Assembly (NCBI RefSeq): GCF_009914755.1 | Contig: NC_060942.1 | Origin: the human T2T-CHM13v2.0 reference genome, Homo sapiens | Reading direction: 5' to 3' (one strand) | Length of the DNA: 64,000 nt | Shown: piece by piece, positions 1 to 13,734 of the stretch | How the letters are laid out: every line of letters begins with the position of its first letter | Position numbering within the stretch: position 1 is the stretch's first letter | Notes under the pieces: generated by a model | What the model was told of the DNA's origin: nothing | The model's database searches: none | The model's input: only the letters and a program-made list of their open reading frames with translations | Position numbers and translations under genes: made by a program

Positions 1-40
1 GAGATGCCTTTTGTTGTGGCGTACTGGCCAGTACCAACCT
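1..40 (-). CDS. EPB41L3: EPB41L3 coding exon (approx. exon 12), 5' part, runs off the window
   Basis: Acceptor ctgcAG|AG at 41-42. With the phase-1 G from the previous exon it reads EVGTGQYATTKGI, matching 4.1B. Confidence 0.93.
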
Positions 41-94
41 CTGCAGCAGACATAGAATCCTTCATGTATATTTCATGGTTTTCATTCACTGATG
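41..94 (-). CDS. EPB41L3: Alternative in-frame 54-nt 5' extension of the same exon (upstream acceptor), +18 aa ASVNENHEIYMKDSMSAA
   Basis: Acceptor tttgcttttAG|CA at 95-96. The frame stays open into EVGTGQ, and the peptide resembles an insert I recall from 4.1B isoforms. Confidence 0.85.
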
Positions 95-1760
95 CTAAAA
101 GCAAATACAATTAAAGAAATAAAATCCAAAATAGTTAGGTCAGAAGACACATGAACAATACCAACTATATCTTTACTGAAAAAAGAAATACCAACACAAA
201 ATACCAGGTTTGCCTTGAAAAAACAAATCAGTGCTGCAGGGACCTTCATGAGAGCATGACCTTCCTGTATTTCCTATATGAGTGCTTTAAAATTCGTGAA
301 ATGCTCATGTCTTGGAATTTCATCTATCCTCAGACTCTCTGCTGAGGATGTGTGTAAGTGTGGAGGTGAGTGGAGGGTCATGAGGCGAGGCTGCCGCTGG
401 GCATATTATCACCATTGGCTGGCACTGGCACCAGTCTCGTAGTGGCCAATTCCACACCTAACAGCAGTCTTTGCAGTACACAATTGCTCTAATACACTTG
501 GCTCTTTGGAAGTGCCATTCACCAAGGAGCACTGAATTGGTTTTCATATTATTATTATTAATGTTGAAAAGTCTATCACTCTTACAGTATAAAAGCTCCA
601 TGGGTAATAACAAATATTAACCATCTTGGTAGAGATTATAAAAATCAGATGGCAATTCCATTCACCTAAAGTACAGAAATGTTTTCATTTCTACTGCATT
701 TTAAACAGACTACCATAATATGCATATACATTTACTCATCTCTAATATTTTGGGAAAACACAATGAATGTTGCTAAATGAAATTCATGCAAATGCAAAAC
801 ATGCAAACTCAAGAGAATAAGACAGAGCCTTTCATCCCAGCTAAAACGTCTTAGTGAAAAGATGCTTAATTAAGTTTTAAAAGTTGGTACTCATTATTTT
901 AGGTTTTAGATATAAAATTTATTAAAACTTATAAATGTTGCTTTTCAAATACACAGTAACTAATCACAGACAAAATATCTACATTATTATTTTAGGAATT
1001 TAAAAACGTAAATAAAAGAAAGGATTCTGAAATGAAATCCTCTCTGAAATGCTTTCGATAGCTAAACTATGCCACTAAAATATCTTCACTAAGACATTTT
1101 ATATCTCTTTACACCGTTGAAAAAGCTCATATGAGACACAACTTCCTAATGGACCAGTTAGGCCATTCTCTGTGAGATGCAACCTTGCAAAAAAGCAGTT
1201 TATGTTGCAACATGCAGCTGTGCCACCCAGCTCAACAGCAGCAGAAAACATACTAGAGCTGGCAGGACCGCAAGGAGTGAGAGACAACACATACTAACAT
1301 CACTTTTGGGCAGGGAGAAAGAGACAGCATGACATTAGTACACTGATTTCACAATTGTCTTCTGTCTTCTCAGCAGTCATTATCACACTAAAGGTCATAA
1401 GGAAAACAACATTCACAACAAATGTGTTCCCTGGGGTGCACGTCACTGAACAAAGTGGATGATATTCAGGAAAAAAAAAGTGCGATTCTACAAAGTTCCT
1501 CAAATACTGATAACATATAGAAATAGGTAATAGAGACACTCTAAAGGAGAAAGAAGAGTCAATAGGATAAACCAGAAAGAAAAGCTTCAATGTTAACATC
1601 GATATTTCAATATCTTAATTCAGCTCGAAACAGTCCTGGTAATTATTTTATTCAAAAGGGCTGGCTCTAAGTTCGGTATTCTGGAAACTCTTAGAAGACA
1701 CACAATGGCAATTAACTTCCTAGGCTAGCTCACAAAAGCCTGTAAGAATAATTATGAATA

Positions 1761-2151
1761 TAAAATGTGGTATATATACATCATGGAATACTACTCAGTC
1801 ATAAAAATGAATGAAATCATGTATTTTGAAGTGACTTGGATGGAGCTGAAGGTCATTATTCTACATGAAGTAACTGAGGAATGAAAAGCCAAATACCATA
1901 CGTTCTCATGTATAAGTGGGAGCTAAGCTATGGGTATGCAAAGGCACAGAGTAATATAATGGACACTGGAGACTCAGAAGGCAGACAGTGGCGGGGGTGG
2001 TGGTGACGGATAAAAAACTACATATTGGGTACAATGTGCACTACTCAGGTGACAGGTGCACTAAAATCTCAGACTTCACTACTATACAATTCAGCCATGT
2101 GGCCAAAAACCGACTGCTTGTATCTCAAAAGCTACTGAAATTTTAAAAAAA
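1761..2151 (+). mobile_element. L1 3' end fragment (L1PB/L1MA-like)
   Basis: aaaatgtggtatatatac...tggaatactactcag...gggagctaagctatgggtatgcaaagg...A-rich tail. Confidence 0.85.
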
Positions 2152-2204
2152 TGTGAAAAAAGAGTAATTATCAATATGATTATTGAGATAATTACCTATG
2201 TAAC

Positions 2205-2390
2205 AAGAGTGCTTTCACATATATCTTGCTTTTCACAACAGCCCCGTCAAAGGCGGCCTTATTCCTATTATACAGATGACTAAAACAGACCTGGAGAGCT
2301 GAAATCATTTGTCAACCACCGCAGAGACAGAGGGCAGCAGAGCCTGGACTTCAATCTGGATTTACCCATGCCACAAGAGTACAGTTTCCA
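2205..2390 (-). mobile_element. MIR SINE
   Basis: Reverse MIR core: cctattatacagatgactaaaacagac...gagcctggacttcaatc. Boundaries approximate. Confidence 0.65.
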
Positions 2391-3536
2391 CCTCGCTAGT
2401 AACATACATAATATAGCACTAATAATGCCATTTTGATTTCTTCTATAAACTGTTCATAAAGTATTCCATTAGAAAAAGACAGTTGTTTTTAGTTGGGAGA
2501 TTCAAGGAGCACCTCTCCCCATCAATCACCCGGCTAGTGAAATGGGGAAGGCAGAGCTGAGACTCTCAGGGGAACAGTGGCAAAAAAGGTAGGAAAGGAG
2601 ATGGTACCATGCACTTGTAACTTTTATTTTTATTTATGTTTTTCCTTATTATTTAAACCATACTTGCATACCAGAAACTCCTAATTCTTTTTATTTGCAC
2701 AGGATAAGATCTTCTATTAAAAACAACAAATCTCCAGGTGCTCCAAATGAGAAGACAGAGACCTAGACATGATTCAGTTCCAGAGTATTGTTACAGCGGG
2801 CACGCCTTGCAGCAGAAAGTGTACCTCCGTATTACTTCAGAGAGCAATCAAGAAACTGTTCGATAAAACAAAACCCTACTAAAAATTCACTGTTGTGTTA
2901 TCCCCTAAAAAGGTAGTTTGAATGATCATCTCTCCATTTGACTAATTTAACTTGGCAGTACAGAACCCCTACCTAGCACTGTTCTCCCAGTCCATCTGGG
3001 GTAGTAATTAGCACAACTAGGAGAATTTAACTTACAACCCTGTGCTCTGTTATTTGAATGTCATCCTTTCTACCAGCTATTATCAACTGACTGATAAAGG
3101 TCACACTTTATTCATAAAGATTTTTTAGAAACAGAAATAAATTTAACTTATAGATTTATAAAACAAATGGTCTTAAACCTACCAATCCTTTAAGACCTGT
3201 TGGCAAGAGAATCAAATCACAGAGTATGTGACTACTATATTTAGAATGAGAGCATCTTTCTCCAAATTCAGGGTGTCAGCTTATGAAAGCTATTTTCTTC
3301 ATTCCCGAAGTGCCATTCTTTTATGTAATTTTACATAAACCTGCAGATGTTAGACTGACAAAGGGACTTTCATTTCGCTGGGGGAGACTTAAAAATGTGC
3401 CATTCAGTCAATAAGCAACAACTGCTTTTCAACATACAATATCCAGGAATATCTATACTTACTGAAAGCTCATGACAGTTTCACATTCTTTTTGGGGTAG
3501 GTACTAGGTTATTAAGGGCCAGTAAGCGATGCCTAC

Positions 3537-3712
3537 CTCCATCCAAGCTGCGAGACATGGTATAACGTTTGCTGGATGAGCGTTCAAAGTAAGGTGCTGG
3601 GCGATCTATCAACGCACTGGCTCTTCTCGTTTGCGCTTGTGTCCTGCCACTATAACGAAACTTGGAACCCAAGGTTAGGAATTTCTTGGGAGGTGCTTCT
3701 GGTAACAGTAGT
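3537..3712 (-). CDS. EPB41L3: EPB41L3 coding exon (approx. exon 11), 176 nt, phase 2-1, FERM-adjacent (FA) domain
   Basis: Acceptor ctttAG|A and donor GGAG|GTaggc. Translates [58 protein letters not shown]. Confidence 0.97.
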
Positions 3713-4110
3713 CTAAAGAGAATAAAGAAAAACAGCAGAAAGACTATTAAGTCCAATATTGAGAGTGCTTTTTAAACTTTTTACTCTGAGTGGTCATGTG
3801 TTTTGCATGCTAAACATTTAACGCACAACTTGCAGTTAAATAAATCTGATTTCATAAAAGAATGCATATAGTATATATCAACTAGGGATATTGTAGAGAG
3901 GATATATGCAAATGAGGGTTGTACTGAACTAGATGAATTTTTAACATTCCACGCAAAGTGGACAGTCTATGGTTCTATAAGCCCAAACAGCTACTAAATA
4001 GTTTGATATTAGTGAAGAAGAAGAGTGACAATTTGGTGTTGGGTGCCTAATTTGATGGGTCTCGTACCATGCATAGGTAGGTAAAGGGATTCAGGGTATT
4101 GAGAAATCAC

Positions 4111-4142
4111 TGAAATAGTAAGGAATTGAAATAGTAAGGAAT
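4111..4142. repeat. Perfect 16-nt tandem duplication
   Basis: tgaaatagtaaggaat x2. Confidence 0.9.
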
Positions 4143-4419
4143 GGATTGGATATTTGAAGTGGACACCCTAAAAATAATGTAAACACACTAAAGATACTAA
4201 AGAAGGGGGGTTTGGGACATGTAAGTACATGACAAATTAGGGAAAATCCTTCAAATTTAGTCTTTTTCTAGTTCTCTTAGGATTTCTTATCAAGAAATAT
4301 GGTGACAATGAACTTGAAGGGATAGAAAGAATAAAATTCCATATTTTTTATTGACAATCTTTTTCAGTATAAGTGATTATAATTATTCCTTAGGGAAAAA
4401 ACAAAATAATCTCTTCCTA

Positions 4420-4518
<99 letters not shown>

Positions 4519-5261
4519 CTAAATAAAAAAAAATACATTGAAGAGTAAAGTTTAAAATTATAAATAACAGAAGCCCTGTAAATAAATTACAGAATCATGA
4601 TGCCACCAGAATTTTAAAAATTTACTTACTAGATCAATTGCTATATGCATAATTCATGCTATACAGATTCATTTGTTAATTTCAAAAATGTGTCTTTAAA
4701 ATGCTGCAGGTATAAATAGCCACTTTATGCATACAGTAAAATGTCTTCTGAATAAGTGTGTATCTTATGATACAACTGAAAACCAAACACGAAAAGGGGT
4801 TTTTTTGATTTCTTCCAGAAATCAATTTGCCCTGATATCACTTTTAAACTTTTATTTTCATGGTTTCTCAATGACACAATGACTTCAACTGCAAGGTACA
4901 GAAATGAACAAAATGTTTACAAATATAGTCTACAGCATTCTTAGAAATGAGACTTTTCTCCTAATATCTGGGCAGGAAATATGTGTATTTCTTAGGTAGT
5001 TGATAACTTGGTGTCAGAGATTGCTGATTTTATTTGTGTGTTCCGCTATGGATTATCGTGTTAAATGCTAACGTCTCTCTATATCATACGTAAGATCAGA
5101 GATTGGGGGAACATATTTTCATATTTTTCAGCATGTACACTTCAGATGATGCCTTATCAGCCATTTGATTTTTCGAGGTGAAATACTCATCTCATTTCCT
5201 GCATAATATACTTTATTACTGCAGATGCACAGGTTTTCACATTCTGAAGAAGGTACACATC

Positions 5262-5280
5262 AGACCACCAGAGGGCAATC
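5262..5280 (+). promoter_or_regulatory. Candidate CTCF binding motif
   Basis: AGACCACCAGAGGGCAATC matches the CCASYAGRKGGC core. Motif only, no occupancy evidence. Confidence 0.5.
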
Positions 5281-6049
5281 ATCTTAAACAGTAAAGGCTT
5301 CCCCAAAGAGCACACAATGGGTACTACTGCTATAATCAATAGCAAAAATCATTTATATGGCAAAGAACCGAGGTGAGGGGTCATATGCATGGCATGTGAG
5401 ATACAATCATGTTTGACCTCTATTTCTTGTTTGTTGAGGATGATTAGGGGAAGTGGGAAACACATCACAAATGCTTCAACCGCAATTGCCTTTCCCAACT
5501 TCTTATTCACTCTGGATGTTCATGTGCAGTGGTGTTTGTAAAAATCACTACTGTCTAAGGGACTCAGTCAAGACAGACATAGTGTGGCTTGTGACTAAAT
5601 CATCATCCATTTATTCATCCTGCAACTAATATGCACATATTACGCCAATGCCAGGGGTTATATGGAAGAGTCAGCTTGCACTCTGCTGCAAGAAGCTGGG
5701 AAGAGTCTCTGCCAACCTCTGTAGGCAAGGATGATGCAGGCTCCTAGACTACCTGAATAGGTATTAATAGTTTATTAATATCTATTTCTCTGTGTTTTAT
5801 ATCAATTTCTTTCAACTTCTTCAGAGTCTGTGTGTCTCCAATTTCTTCTCACTCACTTTTCTCAGGCTGTAAATAGGATTGTAAAAGCAGAGAGAAGAGG
5901 AGTGAAAAACCAGCTCTCTCTGAGCCTGCTTATGCCAGCACCACAACCCCATCTCACTCCTCACTGCTAAACTTTAGGAAGCAGAAGCCACGACCTGCTG
6001 CCTCTGCTACCTACTCCTGACCTCAACACACCTGGCAGGTGCTCCTGTT

Positions 6050-7000
6050 GCCCTTCTGAACTCTGAAATGTCATCATGGGGCCTGACTGTTAAGTTCAAC
6101 ACACTTTTGTTAGTCCACATCCTGCGTGCCCTTTCTGTAACATATGATACTGCTAGCTAACCACTTTCCTCTGAAACTCATCTCCTGGTCATCCATCAGC
6201 CTGTTTCTTCTTTTATTTCTCTGGCTGTCATTTCTTCAGCTCCTTGGCCCTTTCTCAAATAGTGGTATTATCCAGAGTTCTAGTTTTGGGCCTTTTCTTT
6301 CTCTAACTTGCCTTGCTCTTTGAGTAATTTATTCCATGTCTAAGGCCTTGAATAAAATATATACAGTTGATAACTCTGTTCAACTCCTTCCTATGCAAGA
6401 GTTACTCCCTGAAAATCTGTTTCAAAGGGATTTCAGTTGTTTTTCTGAAATTTTCCCCCTTTTCCCTCCTGCCGAATGTCATCTCCATTGGCTTCAATCA
6501 TGCAAACTGAAAACCTTTGATTATCCTGGACTTTTCCCTCTTTTAATTACTTCCTCTATCCTGTCTCTACGACCTGCTGCTTCTGCCTCTGAAACCTCTC
6601 TCTTGCATTTGTTCCCTCCCGTCTATTCCCACAGCCTCTGCCCTAGTTTAGGTCTTATCACATCATGTTTCTAAGTCGTTGAATTTCATTAAGAAATGTA
6701 TCATTCCAAAATATTCACCTAGTTGTGTCACATCCTGATTTAAAACCTCCCATGACTTACTAGTTGTCCACTGATTCATTTCTCTAGCTCTCCCCTCTGG
6801 CATCTCACAATACTATGCTCACTCCATGTCTACAGAATATCATCTCATTTGCATCATGCTGTTACAATCAAAGTATATGAGTCCGTTTTTCTGCTAAATA
6901 GAAAATCCCTTAACAAGGAACAAGGTCATATTTGTCTTTAGATTTCTAATGTCTGACAATAAATAGGTGCTCACTTAACAAATGTTCAATGAAGTCAAAT
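6050..7000 (+). mobile_element. Decayed L2 LINE 3' region
   Basis: Pyrimidine-rich L2-like text ending ...aataggtgctcacttaacaaatgttcaatgaa. Boundaries approximate. Confidence 0.6.
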
Positions 7001-7163
7001 GACTATCTATTGGCTATAAGTTTAATATACAATCTTTAGGAAATATTTTTAAAACACTATAATTTTAGTTATTTACATGAAAAGCTTACAGATTATTTCA
7101 GTTATCATAGATAGGTATGATGTTATGTTCATACTAAACATCATTACATGCTTTATGTTTCAA

Positions 7164-7327
7164 TTTTTTTGTTATTTTTGAGACAGGGTCTTTGCTCTGT
7201 CACCCAGGCTGGGGTACAGTGGTGTGATCAAACTCACTGCAGCCTTAAATCCTTGGGCCCAGGTGATTCTCCCACCCTTGGCCTCCCAAAGTTCTGGGAT
7301 TACAGGCATGAGACACCATGCCCAGCC
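7164..7327 (-). mobile_element. Alu monomer (FRAM-like)
   Basis: ttttgagacagggtctttgctctgtcacccaggctg...ggcctcccaaag...ccatgcccagcc, about 165 nt. Confidence 0.85.
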
Positions 7328-7665
7328 GATATTCTGATTTTTTAAATTGCATTTTCCACCAAGAAACTCCAGTAGAGAAGTAGATTTTGAAGATAAGAGA
7401 TAATTCTATATTATATCAGAAAATGTTCAGAGATATAAGTATGCTAGAATCTTTGAGCTTTGACTGCCTCTGTTATACTAACCATACCAATTAGAAATTT
7501 GAGGTATTTATTAACTATCTCTTAAGTAAATAAGAGTAGATATGTGTTACTATTATGTACAAACCACTAAGGAAGATATAAACGTAAGTTGATCATGGAG
7601 GCTGTTGTCCAAGGAGTAAGGACTAGTTAACAATTCTGATTGTCTCATTAGCTTCTCTGACTTAA

Positions 7666-7688
7666 AACAAACAAACAAACAAACAAAC
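7666..7688. repeat. (AAAC)n microsatellite
   Basis: aacaaacaaacaaacaaacaaac. Confidence 0.85.
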
Positions 7689-7878
7689 ATATATTGAGCT
7701 ATAGAACATTGATATAATTCACACTAATTGTCCTTTGTTCTAATATTCCTTGTACCTTGAAGTACAGGACCTCTAAACTGTTCACTTTAAAGTACAACCA
7801 GATTTGCAGGACAAACAGAAAGAGCATGGAGAAATAACAACAGCATGTGGAGGAAGAGATTTATCCATTACTGCTTGA

Positions 7879-8213
<335 letters not shown>

Positions 8214-8471
8214 GAGACTGGATTTTATATTAAAATATGTTTTTAAAAACCCTCCAATTAACGTATGCAGTAGGAAATATTGGAACAATATAATAAAGAA
8301 GAGAATATTTATTACTGTTTATTGGGCAAACCTACAATAAACTCTCTCAGGCACTTAGATGTCATTCACTGTGTCCCACAATGCTCAGAACTCATAAGCA
8401 GATAATTTAAATGCTTGCTTGCTATCAGGGATCTTTCCTCCCAACGCACAGGCAAATGTGGGTATACTTAC

Positions 8472-8624
8472 CTCTCCCGGCCGGATCTTAATGTAAAAGT
8501 TGTTCCGTTTGTATGAAATCTTTAGAACCTTGGGCCAGGCAAATCTGTTTATTCGCAGCCGGTCGCGATATATCAACAGACCACTTGCACAAACTCCTAA
8601 CATAATTTCTACCCCTTCTGAGTC
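8472..8624 (-). CDS. EPB41L3: EPB41L3 coding exon (approx. exon 9), 153 nt, phase 0-0, FERM C-lobe
   Basis: Acceptor ttccAG|GAC and donor GAG|GTaagt. Translates [51 protein letters not shown]. Confidence 0.97.
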
Positions 8625-8909
8625 CTGGAAAATAAAAGCAAGAAACAACAGATCAGTATCTAACTTATTTCCATTTTCTGCTGGGTAAAGTATTTAAGCA
8701 TCCACGACAGAAACTATAAATGGCTGGTTTACTTATGCAAAATGATGCAGCCATTTTTAAAACATTACCATTAAACATTAGCCTTTTGGTGAAGATGTTT
8801 ATCACTATGGAGAGGTTTGTTAGAATAAAATCTGCTCTCCCAGGTGTCTCAGACTTACAAAGTAAATACTGCACACCAAGAGGGCCCAGCTCATGAAGGT
8901 ATGTTAATA

Positions 8910-9100
8910 ACGGTAATAATAGTAGCCACAGTTCTCACTTGTCAATTGCCAGGCACTGCTCTGCTTTACATATATTAACTCTTTTAATATTCACTGTAAT
9001 TGAGATGGTCACTATTATTATTCCCATTTTACAGATGAGAAAATAGGTACAGAGTTCCAGCTGAACACAGCCTGGTTCCAGAGGCAGCACTCTTAACCAA
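8910..9100 (-). mobile_element. MIR SINE
   Basis: attattattcccattttacagatgagaaaa core. Confidence 0.75.
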
Positions 9101-10716
9101 CACGTATGCTAACAAGATGGACCCTGTCTTTTCCTATGAGGGTTTTGGTTGTTGTTCCTTTAAAAAGAGCCCCGATATTTTTTATATACCATTATTGTCA
9201 GAGTAAAATTTAAATACGAAATAGTTTTTTTAAAAGTATGAATGAATAAAAAAATGTAAGAATGTATTTTCCCCAACAACCGCCCTTCCCTCCACACAAA
9301 CACACTGCCCAGTGGTAATCACACTTAGCAATATGGCTCACATATACAAATATAAATACTTTTTAAATATGTGTATAGTTTTTTTTTTAAGAAACAAACC
9401 TGAGATCATCCTAGAACTGCAATTTCCTTTTGCTACTTGCACATTTCATGTTTAGGTAATTTCCTATGGATGTGTGATGTCCAGAGGTCATCAGAGACGT
9501 TGTATCAAGCTTAGGAGATGTACCACATACAGTCTTTCCCCATGCTTTAAGTCAGGGTAAAACGAACATTTGTGGTGGCCATGAATGAAGGAAAAAGACA
9601 GGACACAGGCAGGATTGTAAGTGAGGTCAGAGTCCACCCCTGGTCCCACTGATTGTTGGAAGCAGGGGACAGAAAGGGTCATGAGCTGAGCATCCATTGG
9701 AAGCTATGCCCAGGTCTGCTGTCAATGCAAGGCAGGAGATGGAAATTTCCAGAATCAGAAATACATATACTGGTCCATCTCTGGGACATGTAAGTTTGCC
9801 AACAAAGCATAATTGGTTTAAAATGAAATATTTTACTTTGGAAACGTATCACTCCATGACACACTGAATTACTCTGCAGGAGTGGAAATATTTGATGGCA
9901 GGATATTACAATATAATAAAATTTGAGGAGAACTCAAAGACTGGAAACTGCCCACCATTTATCTAGGACTTTAATTTGAAAGAGTGATTTAAAGAGCTGT
10001 AACCTGATGCTGACACACAGCTGGCATTACTGATCCTTTAAAACCAGCCAATCTGTCTGCGCCACCACTCAGAGATGACCACCTTACGCCATCGGCAGAG
10101 TGCAGGAACGAGGACGCACTGCCAGAATCACTGCTCTTTGACTCATTTTCTTTTTGGTAACTATAGAACAGGACTTTAGGAAGTGTACCTTTAACCTACT
10201 GAGGGAAAGGACATTCGAAACCTTTTCCATTATTAGATAACAATAAAACTTTTAATAAAAATTTTAATCACCCGTTAATTCTTTGAATTTTAAGAAAACA
10301 GTAGCTCCCTTCATGAGGAAGATGAAGAAGGCTCCGATGCCTCCTCTTCTTGTCCCCTCCAAAACACACCTCTCTGTGTCCCCAAATCAAACTGTTATCT
10401 CTAGTACACCCTTAGCAAATGGCACTGAAATAAACTACCACTTGTCTTCCTTCTCCTGGAGACAAAAGCTGGTTGAGAGCAGGAGCTCTGTTTATCTTTG
10501 TAATCTCACGGCCAGCGCACTGCCTACCTTGCATGCATGAAGCCATTACACATTTGTTGAAATAGAGGTTAATGAAAAATGAAAACGGCACAAACGAGTG
10601 CAGTTTTAAATTGGATGCAAGTCTCCATTTCATTAATCGCACGGCAAAAAAAAATGATACTTTTCATCTCAAATTTTCTGCCACAGCCCACAGTATTGAG
10701 GTTAGTTTGAGAAATC

Positions 10717-11013
10717 TTTTTTTTTTCTTTTTTTTTTTGAGGCAGGGTCTCCCTCTGTTGCCCAGGATGGAGCGCAGTGGTGCCATCTTGGCTCACTGCA
10801 CCCTCCACCTCCAGGGGCTCAAGCAACCCTCCTCCCTCAGCCTCCTGAGTAGCTGGAACCACAGGCACATGCCACCACACTCGACATTTTTTTTTTTTTT
10901 GGTAGAGATCGGGTTCTGCTACATTTATTCTATCAGGTCTCGAACACCTGGGCTCAAGCAATCCCCCTGTCTCAGAGTGCTAGGATTACAGGTGTGAGCC
11001 ACCTTGCTGGGCC
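10717..11013 (-). mobile_element. AluJ, full length
   Basis: gaggcagggtctc...ggctcaagcaa... with perfect TSD TGAGAAATCTTT. Confidence 0.92.
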
Positions 11014-13593
11014 TGAGAAATCTTTGGTTTTAAAAGTTATGACAACAGGATTTCTTAAGGACATGTGCATTCCACTATCAATAAATACATGTGCACTCCC
11101 TTTAGCAAGGAGCACTGGGGTGTACCCAAATAGTCTCTGTCATCATGAAAATAAAGGGGCATACGATTTCTTTAATTCAACATCAGTGTTTGAACTTTGC
11201 CATCCTGCTCTGTGGTATATCCTATATGGACTTATATCTACATTTCAGAATCTTACATAAAATAAATGACTCTGACAAAGCCTATCAAGATGCACATTAA
11301 GTGACAAACAAGCAGAGACAGATGTACAAAGAAAAAACAAAGCATTTGGGTTTTCCAAAACATAGGACCTTTGTGTAATATGGGTATTTATTCTTCATAC
11401 AGGATTCCAGATCAGAATTTTTAAATGGATTGTAAAGCTCAGGGTCTTTCACACCGTCAACAGAAGCGAGGCATCTCGCTCATAACCGGAGATTAGTTCC
11501 AATTTGTTTCAGTAAATTTGCTTCTTCAAATGATGGAGTTTGGCTGCATGGGAAAATGGAGTCTATAACTGAATTATCTGTTATACTTAATATTCAGAAA
11601 AATTCCTATAATGCTACAGTTGCGCTTGCTTAATTCTTTCTTTTTAATTGGCATAATTTGAAATCACATTATTAAATGAAAAGGCAGCCATCTATTTTAA
11701 TTCTGTAGCTATAGCAATGTTAAGTGATTTTATATTTACTGATAGAAACACTGATACATCCTGAGGTGCACTTCCTGAAATGCATATCCTAATCTTTTAT
11801 TTACTTATTTATTTATTTATTTCTGGGCAGTAAGAGAATCAAAGTGTGTGATGTAACTCAAAAATAGCTTCAGATTCACTCAAATTCTCAGGCTCCCTTC
11901 ATTTCCTTCTTGTTTCCTTATCTTTTAGCCTCTTAGGGGGAAACACTAAGAGAAATTTAAAAATCTTAATGTCTGTTCTTATTTTCATTTTGAAATTCTC
12001 ACTCTACCTTGTACCTAACATATAATAGAAAACATCTTTGTTATCTGAGTGCAAAATAGGTGAAAAAGTGTAATAATGAACTGGCAAGTAAACAGAGCTA
12101 CACCTGCTGTTGTAATTATACACAAATGTCAAAGAGCTTGGCATTCAACATAACAGCACATCCCTGGTGTGAACCTCCGCCAAGTCACAGAGATTTTGCT
12201 AGTGCTCAGGCCTTGGAGAGCTCATCCTGCATGACGTGCAGAGTGATCCGCGGCAAAACCAATCAAACCTGCACAGATTCAAGGGCCACTATTCTCCCCA
12301 AATCCCTGTGGATTAGTCTGCTCTCCAAAAGCTAACCAAAGTGCAGCCCAACTTCCAGTATCAACAGAACCTACAGATCACAGAGCTCCCTGCAATGGGT
12401 CCGCAGGGGTGCTGAGGTGTTTGCTCGAATGGAGCCAGCTGAAATTCTCTTCATTTCCAGGCCCTAAACCTGACTGTTTAAGACACTCATTGGCCTGGAA
12501 ACCTGTAACTGCACATTCTGTGAGTCTCAGACCATGAAATCGGTGACTAACTCTGTCCATAAAAGTCAAACACACATCCCTAAACAGGAACAATGTCATC
12601 CTGTTGGACCCAGTCAGAAGAAACAACCTCTGACCTTAACATTGACCTTTTTAACACTGCTAATGCATCAGAATCCAAACCTAGGATCCTAACACATTTT
12701 ACATGTTTTGCTAATAAAAGTTTTCATAAAAGCTTCCTTGTACTTCCACAAGACTTTTATTCTGGGCTGTTTAAAAAGACTAGTAGTCCTATCTTCATTC
12801 TACCACTACTGAAAAGTACGAAGATTCCAGGAAAAGCATGACACAGAGTCAAAGCTGCTCTGTGTATCCTCACGACTGTAACCCTCCTACAGTCTCAACC
12901 CAAATTCTTTGTACCCAAGACTCCATTCCCAAGATACACCTTTAACATTTCATCGATCACCAGTCAACGAAGCAAACCTTAGCCTAGGTGAACTTTAAAA
13001 CAACAACCTTATTTCAGAGCTCTGATTATTTGTCAGAGTGCCTAAACTTTAGAGGTAGACTTCTTAAATTCAATATGAATTTACTGACTGCCTGGTATGT
13101 ATGAAGGTAGGGCCACACACAGTGTCTGGCACTTAACGAATGTGATGCTTGAGTCTTGGACAATCGGCTAAGTTCGGACAGACAGATAGGAAAGAGGAGG
13201 ATAGTCCAGAGACGGACATAGTCAGGGAAAGCGTAGAAACAGAGTCTGATGGGAGCAAAGGTTATGTGACGGCACAGAGTGGGAAATACGACTGTGATGG
13301 GGAGGCAGGGTGAAGTAAAAGTCTGTTATGTCAAGGTAGGTTTCTAACTGCATCAAAAGGCAATCAGAGGCTTTGCCTATCACGGGCTTTCAGAAGGCTG
13401 TGCCCAGGAGTAATGCAAGTTTGAGACACAAAGAGCAAACCCCTCAGTAAATATCAGAAAGCTACATTTGTTGTATCGTGGAGTAGGGCTTAAAAGACAA
13501 GCAGAGATTTGAATTCTCAGAGGTTTCATTTACATTAACTGAAGTAAAAATCACCAGCTTACAGTAATAACAACATCAAGTTACATAATATTA

Positions 13594-13734
<141 letters not shown>

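Noticed and set aside
3713-3756. Hydrophobic N-terminus ([14 protein letters not shown]) on the ORF covering the FA exon, resembling a signal peptide
   Set aside because: It is the translated intronic polypyrimidine tract, and the start is a non-ATG codon.
5524-5537. gtgcagtggtgttt resembles part of Y3 RNA
   Set aside because: Only 14 nt match, the flanks do not continue the RNA, and there is no tail or TSD.
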